DNA of 64,000 bases from an uncultured Anaerolineae bacterium (GTDB lineage: Bacteria > Chloroflexota > Anaerolineae > Aggregatilineales > Ch27), in the NCBI GenBank assembly GCA_964529715.1, contig CAZGXI010000007.1, positions 17,882 to 81,881 of the forward strand, in the 5' to 3' direction. The translations under genes and the position numbers were made by a program. The notes under the pieces were generated by a model. That model did not search any database. It saw nothing but the letters and a program-made list of their open reading frames with translations, and was not told where the DNA came from. Every line of letters starts with the position of its first letter. Position 1 is the first letter of the stretch. Positions 16,277-27,800 of the stretch are shown here, piece by piece.

Positions 16277-19180
16277 TCACTGCTGCCGGGCGAAGTTCAC
16301 AAAGTCGTCCACTTGCGATGTGCGCACAGCGCGGTGGCACAGCGTCTGTCCGCCGCTCAACGGCACCTGCTGAAAACCGGGGCACGTCCCACTGACGATA
16401 GCGATTTCCACCTGGAGGCGCGTCAGCAGCGTCACAGCTTGCTGGTCACTGGGAGTGCACAGGCGGCTGACCGCGCCGATGGGCGCGCTGCGGTTGAAGG
16501 CGCCGATGATCTGGCCGGCATAGTCGCCGCTGGTGCACACGCCCGCTGCCCGGATGACCGTCCAGAGATCGGGGTTGCGGTCGGCCAGAGGCGGTGTGGG
16601 CACTGCCGCGACATTGCCCAGCGTCACCACGCAGTCGCCCAGGCTCAGCCAGCCGACCATGCCGTTTGAGAGTTCGACCAGCACCCACTCGCCATTGTCG
16701 TCGCGCTCGATCACATTCAGGTAGCCCGTCTCCGCCGAGAGCACCGTCATCACTTCGGCGTTGCGGGTGGGATTGCGGCGCAGATTGACATTGCAGATCA
16801 CATCTGCCAGCGGCGGGCCGCTGTAAGGCGCAGCCGTCGGCTGCACGGGCAGACCGAGCACATTGCCCTGAGTGACCAGGCATTCGCCGTAGGCCGTCCA
16901 GCCCTGCACGCCGTCTGCCCGCTCCACGAAGACCCAACTTGTGTTCTCGTCTCGCCCCAGGATGGACAAAACGCCATCCTCAGGCTGCAAAGTGGTGATC
17001 GCCGTGCTGTTCACGTTGGGCTGCTCGCGCAAGAACTGCGGACAGGCGACCATCGCTATCGGCGGACCGCCGTAGGTCGGCAAAAGCGGATACGGGATCA
17101 CGGGCGCTTCGTCCAGGTTGCCGCGCACCGTCACGCAGGCACCGCTCGCCGCCCAGCCGACTGTGCCGTTCTCAAGCGCAATCCGCATCCAGGCATTATC
17201 AGGAGTCCGCCCGGTGATGCTCAGCGTGCCTTCCAGTCCGGTGAGCACCCACACTTGCTGCGATTCCTCGCTGGGCAGAGCGCGCAAGAACTGGGTACAC
17301 GTCAGTGCGCCAATCGGCGGTCCGCTGTAGACTGGGAACGGCTGCTCGACGACTGGAGCATCGGTCAGGTTGCCGCGCACGCCAATACACGCCCCAGTTG
17401 CCGCCCAGCCCACCGTGCCATCGGACAGCATGATCTGCATCCAGTCCAGATCGGCGGTGCGCCCGATAATATAAAGAGTACCCTCAGAACCGTCGAGTAC
17501 CCGCACAGTTTGGGAGTCCTGGGCCGGGACAGTGCGGAGATACTGCGTGCAGGTCAGCACGCCAATCGGTGGACCATCATAGCCAGCCATCTCGATCACC
17601 GGGGCTGCCAGCACATCGCCGCTCACCCGTAGGCAGTTGCCGACGCCAACCCAGCCTTGCAGGCCATCGTAACGCAGGATGAGCAGCCACGAAGCATCCT
17701 CTGTCCGACCGACGACATTGTACGGTCCTGCGCCAGCCGGCATCACGTCCAGGATACGGCCTTCGGTGCTCGGATAGGCGCGCAGCCGCTGTGGACAGGC
17801 CAGTTCAACCACTGGCGGCCCGCTATAAGCAGCCGACGAGAAGATCGGCAGCCCCAGCACCTCCCCGACGACGTTCAGACAGTTCCCCCAGGCGGCCCAA
17901 CCCTGGTAGCCGTTGCCGTTCAGGTAGAGCCAGCTTGTGTCCGCGTTGCGCCACAGGATACTGTACGGCGCATCGCCGGGACGCATGGTCGCCACCGCCG
18001 TCGCTGCGGCATCCGGCTCGAAGCGCAGGTATTGGTTACAGGAAACGGTCGCATAAGGCTCGGCGATCCCGGCAGCCCCGACCGGTCCCGTTACCACCTG
18101 GGTTGCTCCAGTCACTTCCGGCAACAGGATAGGCGTCTCCAGAACGTTGCCGAGCACGTTCAGGCAATTTCCATTCGCCATCCAGCCTTCCAGACCACTA
18201 TCTGCGCGCACATACAGCCAGGTTGCCGGCTGGTTGCGCCCGACGATCTGCACCACGCCGCTGGTCGCATCCAGGATAGAAATGCGGCGTCCGTCGGCGC
18301 TGGGATAGGCCCGTAGATACTGGGAACAAACCACGTTAGCGACGGCAGGGCCGCTGTACGCTGGCTCAGAAACGACCGGAACAGCGTTCAAGTCGCCCAA
18401 CAGATTCACGCACTCCCCGCCGAAGGCCGTCCAACCGACCAGACCGCCGTCGCTGTTCGTCACCACGAACCAGCTATTGTCGGCGTTGCGCCCGGTGATG
18501 AGCCAGGGATCGTCAGCGGGCTGCATCACGGCGACACGCGCCGCCTGGGTGTTCGGCTGCGCACGCACGTACTGGGAACAAAGCACGTCCAGCGCGGGCG
18601 GGCCACTGTAAGGTTCGGTCGGTTGCACGATAGGCACGGCCAGGAAGTTGCCCGCCACCTGGATACATTCGGTGTAGGATGTCCAGCCGACCTGCCCGGT
18701 CAGAGTCGTGACCAGCATCCAGGTGTTGTCGGCGTTGCGTCCGCCGATGCTCAGGGGTGAATCCGCCGCGCTGAGGGTCGCCAGCACCAGGCCATCGGTC
18801 GAGGGATAGCGGCGCAAGTACTGCGGACAAACGACCGTCCCGACGGGCAGCCCTGGAGTCGCTACTTGGGTCGGGTTGATCGTCGGAACCGTGTTCAGGT
18901 CGCCGCTGACAGCCAGGCAATCTCCGTCGTACGCCCAGCCTTGGAAATTCGGATCGATCTGCAACAACAGCCAGCCCGCATTCTGCCCAACGACGGCAAA
19001 CACGTCTCCTGGGTTCATCAGGCCGACGTGCGGCGCATCTTCAGAAGGCAGCGAGCGGAGATATTGGCTACAGACCACCGTCACCGCAGCGCCGCCTTGT
19101 TGCGCGCGCGCTGGGCCACCGGATAACACCAGCGCGCTCGCCAGGAGCGCCCATAACAGCCAGCGAATCGGTTTGCTCAT
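16277..19180 (-). CDS. Large secreted protein with ten tandem SH3b-like Cys-pair repeats and a Cys-rich C-terminal domain
   Basis: Start at ATG 19180 (MSKPIRWLLWALLASALVLSGGPARAQ signal peptide) with AAGGAGAAAGAGG directly upstream. There are ten repeats of about 83 aa with the pattern V.C.QYLR..P......V......G.......GR......W........G..GW......C..V.G.....P. Confidence 0.85.
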   Translation of the reverse strand: MSKPIRWLLWALLASALVLSGGPARAQQGGAAVTVVCSQYLRSLPSEDAPHVGLMNPGDVFAVVGQNAGWLLLQIDPNFQGWAYDGDCLAVSGDLNTVPTINPTQVATPGLPVGTVVCPQYLRRYPSTDGLVLATLSAADSPLSIGGRNADNTWMLVTTLTGQVGWTSYTECIQVAGNFLAVPIVQPTEPYSGPPALDVLCSQYVRAQPNTQAARVAVMQPADDPWLITGRNADNSWFVVTNSDGGLVGWTAFGGECVNLLGDLNAVPVVSEPAYSGPAVANVVCSQYLRAYPSADGRRISILDATSGVVQIVGRNQPATWLYVRADSGLEGWMANGNCLNVLGNVLETPILLPEVTGATQVVTGPVGAAGIAEPYATVSCNQYLRFEPDAAATAVATMRPGDAPYSILWRNADTSWLYLNGNGYQGWAAWGNCLNVVGEVLGLPIFSSAAYSGPPVVELACPQRLRAYPSTEGRILDVMPAGAGPYNVVGRTEDASWLLILRYDGLQGWVGVGNCLRVSGDVLAAPVIEMAGYDGPPIGVLTCTQYLRTVPAQDSQTVRVLDGSEGTLYIIGRTADLDWMQIMLSDGTVGWAATGACIGVRGNLTDAPVVEQPFPVYSGPPIGALTCTQFLRALPSEESQQVWVLTGLEGTLSITGRTPDNAWMRIALENGTVGWAASGACVTVRGNLDEAPVIPYPLLPTYGGPPIAMVACPQFLREQPNVNSTAITTLQPEDGVLSILGRDENTSWVFVERADGVQGWTAYGECLVTQGNVLGLPVQPTAAPYSGPPLADVICNVNLRRNPTRNAEVMTVLSAETGYLNVIERDDNGEWVLVELSNGMVGWLSLGDCVVTLGNVAAVPTPPLADRNPDLWTVIRAAGVCTSGDYAGQIIGAFNRSAPIGAVSRLCTPSDQQAVTLLTRLQVEIAIVSGTCPGFQQVPLSGGQTLCHRAVRTSQVDDFVNFARQQ
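16570..19085 (-). repeat. Diverged tandem coding repeat array (10 units of about 250 nt) inside the SH3b-like protein gene
   Basis: Periodicity is seen at protein level (CSQYLR/CPQYLR/CTQYLR ... GW ... C ... G(D/N)(L/V) ... P). Array boundaries are approximate. Confidence 0.7.
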
Positions 19181-19248
19181 CGCCTCTTTCTCCTTCATTC
19201 CATGCGCTCCATCCTATGCGGACCGGGCGAATGACGCAAGTCGGCAGG

Positions 19249-22025
<2,777 letters not shown>

Positions 22026-22135
22026 GAAAGCCTGCTTTCCCTTAGCCGCGCTACACTCCACAGTGTAAACCGAAAGTTGGACTAAAATCAAGTTAGAATC
22101 ACGAATCAAGGCTAAGGAACACAGCCGGACGCGCT

Positions 22136-22762
22136 TTAGCGTTCCTCAACGCGAATGCGGGCGATCACATCCCCCGGCGGCGGCGCAGGAACGGCTTCAG
22201 GGGCACGCAGCGTGATGTTCATCAGAGTATCCATGCCCTCGATCACTTCGCCGAAGATCGTAAACGTGCCGTTCAGGTGAGGGGCCGGCCCAAAGGTGAT
22301 GAAGAACTGGCTGCCTGCCGAGTTGGGTGCCGCCGTATGCGCCATGCTGATCAAGCCCGCGCGGTCGAAAACGAGGCCGTTATTGTGCTCATCCTGAATC
22401 CGGTAGCCGGGGCCACCTGTGCCTGTCCCGGTCGGGTCGCCGCCCTGAGCCATGAAGCCTGGCAGCACACGGTGGAAGGTAACACCGTCGTAAAAGCCCT
22501 GGCAGGCCAGAAAGACAAAGTTGTTGACGGTAATTGGCGCAGCCTGTGGATTCAGGTCCAGCACGATCTGCCCGCCGTTTTCCATTGTGATGGTAGCGAT
22601 GTAGTCATGGCCCGACCGAATCACCTGGGCAGGGCCGCTGAACTGGTCCGGCTCACTGCCGGTTGGGTTGCAGGAAAACTCCGCCGGAGCCTGCGAAGTC
22701 TGTGGGGCCGCCGTACAGGCTACCAGAAGCAAAACGACCAGGGCGATAGCATACTTATTCAC
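22136..22762 (-). CDS. Cyclophilin-type peptidyl-prolyl isomerase, lipoprotein
   Basis: LLLVACTAAP lipobox. FHRVLPGFMAQGGDPTGTGTGGPGY. Confidence 0.93.
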   Translation of the reverse strand: MNKYAIALVVLLLVACTAAPQTSQAPAEFSCNPTGSEPDQFSGPAQVIRSGHDYIATITMENGGQIVLDLNPQAAPITVNNFVFLACQGFYDGVTFHRVLPGFMAQGGDPTGTGTGGPGYRIQDEHNNGLVFDRAGLISMAHTAAPNSAGSQFFITFGPAPHLNGTFTIFGEVIEGMDTLMNITLRAPEAVPAPPPGDVIARIRVEER

Positions 22763-22836
22763 AGGAATATGCCTCCTCCACCTCGAATCGATGCCATGCG
22801 CTGGGGATTGTGCCGACAGAATCCCAAAGGCGCAAC

Positions 22837-23457
22837 CTATCCGCTGATCAGCGGTGGAGTGGGGGATGAAGTAAACGTCGGCGTGACCGTCGGCGGCGTG
22901 GCAGGGTTTGCGGTGAAGGTCGGCGGCGGCGTGGGCAAGGGCGTATCGCTGGGAACGGGCGTCAACGTCGGCAAGGGAGTCATCGTGCGAGATGGCGTGG
23001 CTGTCGGGTTGACGGCGCGGATCACGCTCTCATGCATGAACGCCAAGTCCAGGAAAAAGGCGCTCGCTTCCAGGTCCACGCGATACCATTCGGTATTTAC
23101 CGGATCGCGTTCCAGCACACACACTTCGTCACCTTCATGACGCACATCCCGAATAGCGCAGCGTGTGCTGGCGCATTCACGGATGATCGCTTCGGGCACC
23201 GTCACCCGGAATGGCTGGCAGGGCGGCACAGGCGTCCAGGTCGGTGCGGGGGTAAACCGCAAGGTCGAGGTCGGTTGAACATAGGCCGTCGCCGTTGCCT
23301 GAGCCACCTGGGTCGCTTCCATGACGCCACGCAGCCCAGAGGCCAGGAAGCTCTGCAAGCCCTGCCAGATCAGATACCCGCCGATGACCAGCGCGCCTGC
23401 CGCCAAAAAGACCAGCCAGGCCGGCGGGCCGCGCCGCCCAGGATCAAAATACGCCAT
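22837..23457 (-). CDS. Hypothetical membrane-anchored protein with an SH3-like core and a Pro/Thr-rich tail
   Basis: One N-terminal TM (WLVFLAAGALVIGGYLIW). Cys-containing core (IRECASTRCAIRDVRHEGDEVCVLE...WYRV). The C-terminal tail is TPLPTLTPVPSDTPLPTPPPTFT. Confidence 0.6.
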   Translation of the reverse strand: MAYFDPGRRGPPAWLVFLAAGALVIGGYLIWQGLQSFLASGLRGVMEATQVAQATATAYVQPTSTLRFTPAPTWTPVPPCQPFRVTVPEAIIRECASTRCAIRDVRHEGDEVCVLERDPVNTEWYRVDLEASAFFLDLAFMHESVIRAVNPTATPSRTMTPLPTLTPVPSDTPLPTPPPTFTANPATPPTVTPTFTSSPTPPLISG

Positions 23458-23547
23458 CGTCCAAGACCGCCCTTCCGCCGCTGGTATTCCGTAACGATCA
23501 TAATCGCTTGTAAAGGGATGATCAGCGACGCTTGCCCGACGGATAGG

Positions 23548-24636
23548 CTACGCTCGGATGCCGCGCAGGTTATACACGACAATCGGTTCGCTCTTACCGG
23601 AGAATGTCCGCGCTTCCAGGCGTTCAGCATCCAGCAACGGCTCGGCCAGGCGGTAAGTCGCCTCGCTGATCAACACCTGCCCGCTTTGCGCCGCCTCTTG
23701 GATGCGCTGGGCCGTGTTGACCACATCCCCGATGACGGTATAGCTCATCACGCGCTCTGAGCCGACGTTGCCAACGGCCACCTCGCCGCTGTGCAGACCG
23801 ATGCCCAACCCTATCGTTTTCAGTTCCGGTAGGTCCAGGCCATCCCGTACCCGGCAGAAGACCCGTTGCATTTCCAGGGCGGCTTGCAGCGCGTTCAACA
23901 CGTCATCGCCAGTCGCAACAGGCGCGCCGAAGAAAGCCATCAACTCATCGCCGACATATTTATCGAACGTGCCATGATGGGTAAAGATCACCTCGGTCAG
24001 TTCGTTAAAAAACCGATTGAGGATTTGAAGCACTTCGTGCGCCGGACGCCGTTCGGCAAAAGCCGTAAAACCGCGAATATCGGCAAAGAACACCGTCACC
24101 GTGCGTGTGTCGCCGCCGAGTTTGAGGTACTTGTCTGGGTCCACCAGGATCACGTCCACGATGTCTTCGTTGACATAACGGTTCAGCACACGGCGCAACA
24201 GAGCATTACGGTTCTCTAGCTCGTCGTGCAACTGCTTGATGCGCAACAGGCTGCGGACGCGCGTGAGCAGCATCAGCGAGTTAAACGGCTTGGTCAAAAA
24301 GTCATCTGCTCCAGACTGGATGGCACGGATTTTATCATCCTCGGCTTCCAGGGCCGTCACCATCACCACCGGCGTGAAGCGGGTCAGTTCATCGCTTTTC
24401 AGACGAGCACACGCCTCATAGCCGCTCATGCCGGGCATATTGATGTCCAACAGAACCAGGTCGGGCGGCGTTGCCTGGGCCAGTTCCAATGCCCGTGCAC
24501 CACTGTGGGCGAGGATCACGTCGTACCCGGCATCCGTGAGGTAGGCTTCCAACACCTCACGGTTCATCCAATCGTCATCCACGACCATCACCAATGGGGG
24601 AGCATCCCTGTCTCTCACAGTCATCATGAAGACCAC
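23548..24636 (-). CDS. Response-regulator receiver fused to a class III adenylate/guanylate cyclase domain
   Basis: Receiver: VMVVDDD, LVLLDINMPGMSGYE, DDFLTKPF. Cyclase: VTVFFADIRGFTAF, FDKYVGDELMAFFGAP, YTVIGDVVNTAQRI. Confidence 0.9.
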   Translation of the reverse strand: MVFMMTVRDRDAPPLVMVVDDDWMNREVLEAYLTDAGYDVILAHSGARALELAQATPPDLVLLDINMPGMSGYEACARLKSDELTRFTPVVMVTALEAEDDKIRAIQSGADDFLTKPFNSLMLLTRVRSLLRIKQLHDELENRNALLRRVLNRYVNEDIVDVILVDPDKYLKLGGDTRTVTVFFADIRGFTAFAERRPAHEVLQILNRFFNELTEVIFTHHGTFDKYVGDELMAFFGAPVATGDDVLNALQAALEMQRVFCRVRDGLDLPELKTIGLGIGLHSGEVAVGNVGSERVMSYTVIGDVVNTAQRIQEAAQSGQVLISEATYRLAEPLLDAERLEARTFSGKSEPIVVYNLRGIRA

Positions 24637-24839
24637 TTCACTAACACGGTGTGGAACATACCTGCGATTTTAGCACGCGAACCACCCTATCGACCAGTCA
24701 GAACACCCTGGTAACAGCGGCCTATGGAGCAAGGGATGATTAATTATTTAGAAAAGGATTGTTTCACAGTCGTTGTATCTGCAAATATGAACTTTTTATG
24801 AAAAAAAGGTTTGAATACCGAATCATGCCCCGGCTCGCA

Positions 24840-24868
24840 TTGACGAAACATTGATCCGGTGCTATTGT
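24840..24868 (+). promoter_or_regulatory. Candidate sigma-70-type promoter of the flp pilin gene
   Basis: TTGACG (24840-24845), a 17-nt spacer, then TATTGT (24863-24868), inside the only markedly AT-rich stretch of the window (about 24720-24925). AGGAGGA SD at 24911-24917. Confidence 0.5.
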
Positions 24869-24925
24869 GTATATATCCCGACAAAGCGGGTTTCGTGAGC
24901 ACACTTTATTAGGAGGAATCTATCT

Positions 24926-25072
24926 ATGCTGTACCTTCCGCGTGAAGAAGGCCAGGGTCTCGTCGAGTATGCTCTCATCCTGGTTCTGGTCGCCGTCGTC
25001 GTGATCGTCATCCTGGCCCTGCTTGGCCCGGCCATCGGCAACATCTTCAGCAACATCGTCCGCGCCCTGTAA
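24926..25072 (+). CDS. flp: Flp/Fap family type IVb pilin precursor (48 aa, below the ORF-track cutoff)
   Basis: MLYLPREEGQGLVEYALILVLVAVVVIVILALLGPAIGNIFSNIVRAL. Contains the G-xxxx-EY Flp processing motif (G9-QGLV-EY) followed by a hydrophobic helix. Strong SD 8 nt upstream and a terminator downstream. Confidence 0.8.
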   Translation: MLYLPREEGQGLVEYALILVLVAVVVIVILALLGPAIGNIFSNIVRAL

Positions 25073-25120
25073 TTGAATCCAGGCGGCGTCTAAAGCGCCG
25101 CCTCCAGCATCGTAGACAAC

Positions 25121-25152
25121 AACGCCCGCTCTTATGAGTGGGCGTTTTGTTT
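25121..25152 (+). terminator. Rho-independent terminator after flp
   Basis: An 11-bp stem AACGCCCGCTC/GAGTGGGCGTT (one G-U pair), loop TTAT, followed by TTGTTT. Confidence 0.65.
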
Positions 25153-25161
25153 GGTGGCTGC

Positions 25162-26100
25162 TTATGGCAACAGGCCGGTTTGTTCCAGAACCTGCGCGCG
25201 GCTTGCGACAGGCAAAGGGATCAGCCCCAGGTCGCGGATGACGACATCTGCTTCAGCACTGAGAAGATAGCGCACGAACTGCGCCACTTCAGGTTGGGTC
25301 AGCGCCCCAACGGCGGCATATACGCGCAGGACACGAGTCAGGGGAGCGTAACTGCCATTAAGCACGGCGGCCTCGTCGGGCATCACACAGGGCGCCCCCA
25401 CACCATCGCCAAAGGCCAGTGGCAACAGGCGCAACGATCCTTGCAGTCGTAGCGCCTCACCCAGTTCCAAGAAGCCGACGGCATCCGATCCGACGGGCAC
25501 CCCCTCATACGTTGGGCGCGTCGCACCGCCAGACAGCACGCGCTCCTGAAAAAGATTATAAGCCAGCGAATCGTCGGGCGGCGCATAGACTGCCAGCGGC
25601 ACATCGGGAAATTGCAGATTCACCTGCCGCCAAGACTGCATGGCACTGCCCGCGCGCCAGATACCCGCCAACTGGGTCAGATTGAGACATCCGGCAAACG
25701 CATTTTCGACCGGCACGACGACAGCAATGGCCTGGTATGCCAGAGGAATTTCGTGCAAGGCAACACCGTTGGCCCGGCAAAGTGCCGCCTCCTGAGCATC
25801 AATAGAGCGGAGCGCGTTCAACAGCGAGAACTCACCCGCGCACAAACGCGCAAATCCGGTCCTTGTGCCGGATGCACCGACAATGACCCGAACTCCCGGA
25901 GATGCCTGTTGAAATGCCACCGCCAGACGGGCAGCCAGCGGCTGCATCAGCGCGGAACCGTCGATCTGGATTGGCAGAGGCGTGAGCGCAGGTGGCGAAG
26001 GAAAATCGGGCGTGGGCGTGAGTAGGCCCGGCCCCTCCCGATAACATCCGGCCAGGGCTACCGACAGCAAAATCATCAGCACGAGGTGGCGACAGATCAA
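25162..26100 (-). CDS. PstS-like (PBP-like_2) substrate-binding lipoprotein; start uncertain
   Basis: DGSALMQPLAARLAVAFQQASPGVRVIVGASGTRTGFARLCAGEF is typical of the phosphate-binding PstS family. Lipobox LSVALAGC. The 399-aa ORF is over-extended; a TTG at 26100 would give the signal peptide MICRHLVLMILLSVALAGC. No pstCAB nearby. Confidence 0.7.
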   Translation of the reverse strand: MICRHLVLMILLSVALAGCYREGPGLLTPTPDFPSPPALTPLPIQIDGSALMQPLAARLAVAFQQASPGVRVIVGASGTRTGFARLCAGEFSLLNALRSIDAQEAALCRANGVALHEIPLAYQAIAVVVPVENAFAGCLNLTQLAGIWRAGSAMQSWRQVNLQFPDVPLAVYAPPDDSLAYNLFQERVLSGGATRPTYEGVPVGSDAVGFLELGEALRLQGSLRLLPLAFGDGVGAPCVMPDEAAVLNGSYAPLTRVLRVYAAVGALTQPEVAQFVRYLLSAEADVVIRDLGLIPLPVASRAQVLEQTGLLP

Positions 26101-26313
26101 CCGGCGGTGGAAACGCCAGGACAGGAAGTTTGCACATCCAAACGCCTCTATAGCTCGGACGCCAGCTTGCCCCGAAAAAACAGGCGCATCTGGCTTTATC
26201 GCTCTGTTTGAACACACCCTGTCCGACATACTCCACCTTGACAGCCGCCGCACAGACGAGTAAGGTTGCAGGAATCGTGGTTTGAAACCGAGAAAAGAGC
26301 AAGAGGATACCGG

Positions 26314-26742
26314 ATGAGTCGTGTCATCAATACTGACAGTACAGGCAAAAACCGCAACCAACTGATGCGTACCTGTGCCGAACTGCTACGCCACCTGAGC
26401 CAGAAGCCCGCCATTGACGACGACGCCAAAGACATGGCCGCCTATCTGGTCATCTGCCTCCAACGCATTGAGGAAGGCATAGACGAATCGGCCAGTGTGT
26501 GGGAAAAGCGCGACTATTGGATCAAGGCAGAACAACTCCGGCAGCGTTGGGCCTGGGTTGGCAATGCCGCCGCCCGGCTGGAAAACCTCATTCGTAAGGA
26601 CTCCTGGGACCGTCTGCCGGAACTGCTGACCGGCCTGTTTTCCCACTTTGCCGAAGTCAAGATCACGCGCCTGACCCGCTCTGCGGACCTGTGGCAAGGG
26701 GCATACCAGGAACTCCTGCGGCACGACCGCCAGCGCGGATAG
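26314..26742 (+). CDS. Hypothetical cytoplasmic protein (142 aa)
   Basis: ATG 26314 with AAGAGGA 7 nt upstream (MSRVINTDSTGKNRNQL...). Helical and Trp-rich. No known domain recognised. Confidence 0.6.
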   Translation: MSRVINTDSTGKNRNQLMRTCAELLRHLSQKPAIDDDAKDMAAYLVICLQRIEEGIDESASVWEKRDYWIKAEQLRQRWAWVGNAAARLENLIRKDSWDRLPELLTGLFSHFAEVKITRLTRSADLWQGAYQELLRHDRQRG

Positions 26743-26751
26743 CCCACACCG

Positions 26752-27717
26752 TTAGTCGAAGCGTTCTTCAAGCCAGGGGATAATGGCAGCGTAATTGGGG
26801 ACAGCGTTTCCCTCCGGCGAACGCTGGACCAGATCGCGGTCGATCACCAGACGGTCGATGCCGCCACTGACGCCATCGCGCAGGATCGGTGGCGCGATCA
26901 GCAACAGGTCCGTCAGGGTCAAATCGGTATCGACCGTCTCTCCAAACACAGTCAACACGGCAGGCAGCCGCAGCCAGTTCTCCGGTCTGAACAATGCCCG
27001 AAAGATAGCTTCTACAACCTGCTGCTGGCGTCCGGCGCGGCGGTAGTCGTCGTCGGCGTGACGGGTACGCGCGTAGGCGAGCGCCGTTTCGCCATCCATG
27101 TGTTGCCAGCCCGGTTCAAAGATAATCGTCGTCGTTCCCCAGTCCGGCGTAGGATACTGGGTATCGACCAGCCGGGCGGGAACTTCCACGTCGATACCGC
27201 CGAGCACGTCCACCACCCGGACAAAACTGTTGAAGTTGACGCGCACGTAGCGATCCGGCTGAACCTGAAAACTTCGGGCGATGGCCGCTCCGACCAACGC
27301 CGCCCCTGTCCCCGGTGCGTCCTGCTCACCGAGGACATTAATCGTGTTGGCGCGCTGGAGTCCATATGCCGGTGTGTCAATGAATAGGTCGCGTGGGATC
27401 GAAAACAGGCTCACATTCAGCTCGGCGGGATTCACACCCAGCACCATAATGCTGTCGGTGCGGGTGGCATAGCCTTCGCCAGAGCGAGCATCCACCCCCA
27501 GGATCAGCAAGTCCAGTGGCGCAGGAGGAACCAACAGATAGAGCAGCACTCCTACACTGCCGAGAAAGATCGGGATCACGAACACCAGTGCACCACCGAC
27601 CACCGCCCACAGGCAGCCCACACGCCAGCGTCGCCGCCGACGCAACGGCAGACGCGGTCGCACGGGCAAAGGGGGAGGCGGCAAAAATCCCGTTCCGGTG
27701 ATAGAAGGTCCACTCAT
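26752..27717 (-). CDS. LytR-CpsA-Psr (LCP) family cell-envelope phosphotransferase
   Basis: Arg-rich N-terminus plus one TM. LLILGVDARSGEGYATRTDSIMVLGVNP...SIPRDL and YARTRHADDDYRRAGRQQQV. Confidence 0.85.
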   Translation of the reverse strand: MSGPSITGTGFLPPPPLPVRPRLPLRRRRRWRVGCLWAVVGGALVFVIPIFLGSVGVLLYLLVPPAPLDLLILGVDARSGEGYATRTDSIMVLGVNPAELNVSLFSIPRDLFIDTPAYGLQRANTINVLGEQDAPGTGAALVGAAIARSFQVQPDRYVRVNFNSFVRVVDVLGGIDVEVPARLVDTQYPTPDWGTTTIIFEPGWQHMDGETALAYARTRHADDDYRRAGRQQQVVEAIFRALFRPENWLRLPAVLTVFGETVDTDLTLTDLLLIAPPILRDGVSGGIDRLVIDRDLVQRSPEGNAVPNYAAIIPWLEERFD

Positions 27718-27744
27718 ACCCGACTCAATTCCGTAGCCAACACC

Positions 27745-27773
27745 TTGACTAATGCCCTTGCATCCTCTAAAAT
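27745..27773 (+). promoter_or_regulatory. Near-consensus promoter of the ffh-rpsP-rimM operon
   Basis: TTGACT (27745-27750), a 17-nt spacer, then TAAAAT (27768-27773), 27 nt upstream of the ffh ATG. Confidence 0.55.
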
Positions 27774-27800
27774 GCTACCCTGCCCTATGGGGATCAAGCA

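Noticed and set aside
24820-25079. Three GANTC (GAATC) sites clustered around the flp gene (24820, 24916 inside the SD, 25075), considered as possible CcrM-type epigenetic control.
   Set aside because: From base composition, roughly one site per 300 bp is expected, and this region is AT-richer. Three sites in 260 bp is therefore not convincing without genome-wide statistics or methylome data.
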